57,397 nt of DNA from an uncultured Clostridia bacterium (lineage in GTDB: Bacteria > Bacillota > Clostridia > Oscillospirales > QAKW01): positions 123,032 through 180,428 of the forward strand of contig CALGEL010000059.1 of NCBI GenBank assembly GCA_937881855.1. Reading direction: 5' to 3'. Positions 55,281 through 57,397 of the stretch are shown piece after piece. The notes under the pieces are model-generated. The model searched no databases. It saw only the letters and a program-made list of their open reading frames with translations, and was not told the DNA's origin. The number at the start of each line of letters is the position of its first letter. Position 1 is the first letter of the stretch. The translations under genes and the position numbers were made by a program.

Positions 55281-56051
55281 TTATAAAATAATTTGTACCA
55301 AAAAATATAATACCGACGGACAAAGCAAACAGCCAAGGCCGGTGTAAAAAGTCGCGGTCATGGCACCGTAAGGTACCAATTTCGGGTCAGTTGCCGCAAG
55401 ACCCGCAGATACTCCACTTGTTGTCCCCATCAAACCACCAAATACCATCGCGGCACTCGGTGTATTAAGTCCAATTCTCTTTGCAAGGATAGGCGTAAGA
55501 AGCATTACAGCGATTGATTTAATAACACCCGTTGCAATCGAAAGTGCAATGACGGCTGAGCTGGCACCTACCGCCGCACCCGTAACAGGCCCTACAACAA
55601 AGGTAACAGCGCCCGCCGCAATGGTTGTCACACTGGCTGCATCCTTATAACCAAATGCAATTGCTACCAAAGCGCCAACAATAAATGTGAGTACAACACC
55701 CAAAATTAAGGAAATAATGCCAACCAAACCACTTTTCTTAATTTCAGATAACTTTGCACCATGGGCTGTTGATATAATGGTAAAATCACGAAGCGCAGAA
55801 CCACCCAAAACACCGATGCCGGTAAACATTGTTATATCGGAAAGTCCTTTTGAGCCGCCTGAAATTCTTCCGCCTATGTATGCTAAAATAAGCCCGAGAA
55901 AAATGGCAATCGCCGACGCATGGATTCTTCCACGAGCGACTTTGGCGGCAATAAAATTGGAGAACATTGTGATAACTCCAACAATCAGAAACGACATGAC
56001 CAGCCCATTTTTAACAAACAAATCGACAATGATATTTAATACGTCTTTCAT
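55281..56051 (-). CDS. madM: MadM-like membrane subunit of a two-component Na+-coupled (malonate-type) transporter
   Basis: 256 aa, polytopic and Gly/Ala-rich. Size, the pairing with a 128-aa partner and a 4-nt overlap match the MadL/MadM pair. The call is from memory of the family, not a search. Confidence 0.55.
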   Translation of the reverse strand: MKDVLNIIVDLFVKNGLVMSFLIVGVITMFSNFIAAKVARGRIHASAIAIFLGLILAYIGGRISGGSKGLSDITMFTGIGVLGGSALRDFTIISTAHGAKLSEIKKSGLVGIISLILGVVLTFIVGALVAIAFGYKDAASVTTIAAGAVTFVVGPVTGAAVGASSAVIALSIATGVIKSIAVMLLTPILAKRIGLNTPSAAMVFGGLMGTTSGVSAGLAATDPKLVPYGAMTATFYTGLGCLLCPSVLYFLVQIIL

Positions 56052-56434
56052 TTTTGGGCCTCCATTTCACCGTTTTGCAACTTCTTCGATGTAACCTTAT
56101 TAAATAAAGGAATAAGAGACAGCATAATTAAAACAACGCCTACGCCCAAAACCAAGGCAACTATACCACCGCTCAAAGCGCTGACAACATTTTGAGATGC
56201 TGCCATCGCAATTGTAACCGGTATGTACATTTCTTTCCAAAAATCAATTCCTTTAACATATGTTTTGGGCAAAAGTTTGTTTACCATAGGCGAGTTGGTT
56301 GCCAACAACAAAAGAATCATCGCAAAACCAACACCGCCGATATCAGAATTAAGGCCTGTTAAAAGCCCCAATATGTTGCCTAAAAAAGAGCCGACAAACA
56401 TACATCCTGCCAGCAAAGCCACACCGTAAATCAT
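56048..56434 (-). CDS. madL: MadL-like small membrane subunit
   Basis: 128 aa, four TM segments, N-terminus MIYGVALLAGCMFVGSFLGNILG...GGVGFAMILLL resembling MadL. It is first in the operon. Confidence 0.55.
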   Translation of the reverse strand: MIYGVALLAGCMFVGSFLGNILGLLTGLNSDIGGVGFAMILLLLATNSPMVNKLLPKTYVKGIDFWKEMYIPVTIAMAASQNVVSALSGGIVALVLGVGVVLIMLSLIPLFNKVTSKKLQNGEMEAQK

Positions 56435-56547
56435 AACATTGCTCCTTTATTTTTTGGTATAATATAAGTATTTACATTATTAACCATAATTAATATGTAT
56501 TATATCACTAATTATATAAAATCGCAATGTTTTTTCTTTGAATTTGA

Positions 56548-56583
56548 TAAAAAATCCTCGTTCCGAAGAACGAGGATTTTTTA
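56548..56583. terminator. Bidirectional intrinsic terminator isolating the madL-V-ATPase operon from the upstream gene
   Basis: aaaaaatcctcgttc cgaa gaacgaggatttttt: a 10-bp GC-containing stem with A and T runs on both sides. Confidence 0.85.
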
Positions 56584-56620
56584 TCTATTTTGTAAAAAAA
56601 CGAGTGAGAAATCTGATTTT

Positions 56621-57145
56621 TTAATAAATATCAATTTTTGCACATTTTGTTTTTATAAAATCGAGAAAATCATTATATTGCGTTAAAGAATCAAAACATG
56701 ATAACGGCAATAGGTATGCCGCAACATTATTAACATGGATATATAGTATCTTATGATCTACAACACTAATTCTCTCAATAACCTTGTACTTTTGTTCTAT
56801 TTTGTTGTCGGGTGTTATTTCAACAAAAGTATCTTCGTAAAACTCCATAATTGCGGATGGAGAATAGCCCATTTTCCCACGTTTTTTCATTCCTTTCAAC
56901 TGCCCTTTTAATGAGAATGCAAAAAGGGGTGAAAGAAAAATCTCAAAAAGAACAATGACAATCGCAGTCACAATTATATGTAACAAAGATTCTCGCATGA
57001 TAATCATGTATAAGACGAGAAGTACAGCAATAATTATACGAAAAAATATCAACTGCTTTTTTCCATAAGGAGAACGCAACATCCAAAATTTATTATATTC
57101 AAAGTAATCGTTGTCATTCAAAGTTATGTTTAATCGAAATTTCAT
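56621..57145 (-). CDS. YcxB-like membrane protein
   Basis: About 174 aa. Two central TM helices are followed by a C-terminal beta-rich domain (layout of YcxB/DUF family proteins). ATG 57145 lies 9 nt after aaggag. Confidence 0.5.
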   Translation of the reverse strand: MKFRLNITLNDNDYFEYNKFWMLRSPYGKKQLIFFRIIIAVLLVLYMIIMRESLLHIIVTAIVIVLFEIFLSPLFAFSLKGQLKGMKKRGKMGYSPSAIMEFYEDTFVEITPDNKIEQKYKVIERISVVDHKILYIHVNNVAAYLLPLSCFDSLTQYNDFLDFIKTKCAKIDIY

Positions 57146-57167
57146 AAAAGTCAACTCCTTTTAATAT

Positions 57168-57196
57168 ATTTTAGCATAAAAACGGAAATAAATCAA
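57168..57196 (-). promoter_or_regulatory. Candidate sigma-A promoter for the ycxB-like gene
   Basis: On the - strand: TTGATT (57196-57191), a 17-nt spacer, then TAAAAT (57173-57168). It directly abuts the repeat array. Confidence 0.45.
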
Positions 57197-57205
57197 TGCG
57201 GAGCA

Positions 57206-57388
57206 TTGTATATCATCAATTCTGCAAGGAATTGCATATCATCAACTTCGCAAGAAGTTGTATATCGTCAATGGTGAAACCGTTGCATACCATCAAGCCG
57301 ACAGAAATACACGCTTCGCGTGATGATATACGCCCACGGCGATGATATACACGACTGCGTCATAATGATATACCAAGCTTGTCGGCTT
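57206..57388. repeat. Array of seven copies of a 9-14-bp motif (core ATGATATAC / GTATATCAT), four direct and three inverted, running to the window edge
   Basis: Direct copies: TTGTATATCATCAA 57206-19, TTGCATATCATCAA 57232-45, TTGTATATCGTCAA 57258-71 and TTGCATACCATCAA 57283-96, with a period of 25-26 bp. Inverted cores: GATGATATAC at about 57322, 57341 and aATGATATAC at about 57364, with a period of about 20 bp. caagccgaca (57294-303) pairs with tgtcggcttg (57379-88). Confidence 0.8.
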
Positions 57389-57397
57389 GGATAAAAA

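Noticed and set aside
57206-57388. Possible CRISPR array
   Set aside because: The repeats are only about 14 bp at a 25-26-bp period, the 'spacers' are complementary to each other, both orientations occur, and there are no cas genes. This is not CRISPR architecture.

Overview
This is a roughly 40% GC chromosomal segment from an endospore-forming Firmicute of the class Clostridia. The assignment rests on spoIIM, spoIIE, cwlD, ytvI and pro-sigK, and on Firmicute-style synteny.

Layout:
- 0-22 kb is one co-directional + strand block: the end of the division cluster (yggS-sepF-yggT-ylmH-divIVA), lspA-rluD, a TPP riboswitch with thiT, pyrH-frr-uppS-cdsA-dxr-rseP-ispG-polC, then murB-whiA-dnaE-pfkA.
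- 22-45 kb has mixed orientation: tRNA-Leu, dapA, queA-tgt-yajC, spoIIM-xerD, mltG, ychF, spoIIE, mutY, cwlD, radA, ytvI, an ACT protein with an aspartokinase, sigK, and a second Xer-like recombinase.
- 45-57 kb lies entirely on the - strand and includes a nine-gene madL-madM plus V-type ATPase operon.

Observations most worth following up:
1. Hand-sampled GC skew flips sign between tgt and xerD. At that point a 330-bp ORF-free gap carries four copies of a dif XerD-arm-like motif (TTATGTAAAyy) inside a nested palindrome. The window probably spans the replication terminus and dif.
2. PolC is 1250 aa and cleanly lacks the 3'-5' exonuclease domain normally inserted in its PHP domain.
3. The V-ATPase has an E-DUF2764-A-B-D-I-K gene order, which I recall as Bacteroidetes-like. 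Its K subunit keeps a Na+-binding signature, and the operon is tightly joined to a MadL/MadM-type transporter pair.
4. An aspartokinase lacking its ACT domains sits directly after a stand-alone ACT protein.
5. The right window edge carries an array of seven copies of an ATGATATAC core (four direct, three inverted). The sequences between the direct copies form hairpins with compensatory changes.
6. A 15-bp-arm palindrome shaped like a recombinase core site lies just upstream of the second Xer-like gene.

I saw no CRISPR array, rRNA, transposase or prophage. All calls come from reading the sequence and the ORF track by eye; no searches were run.
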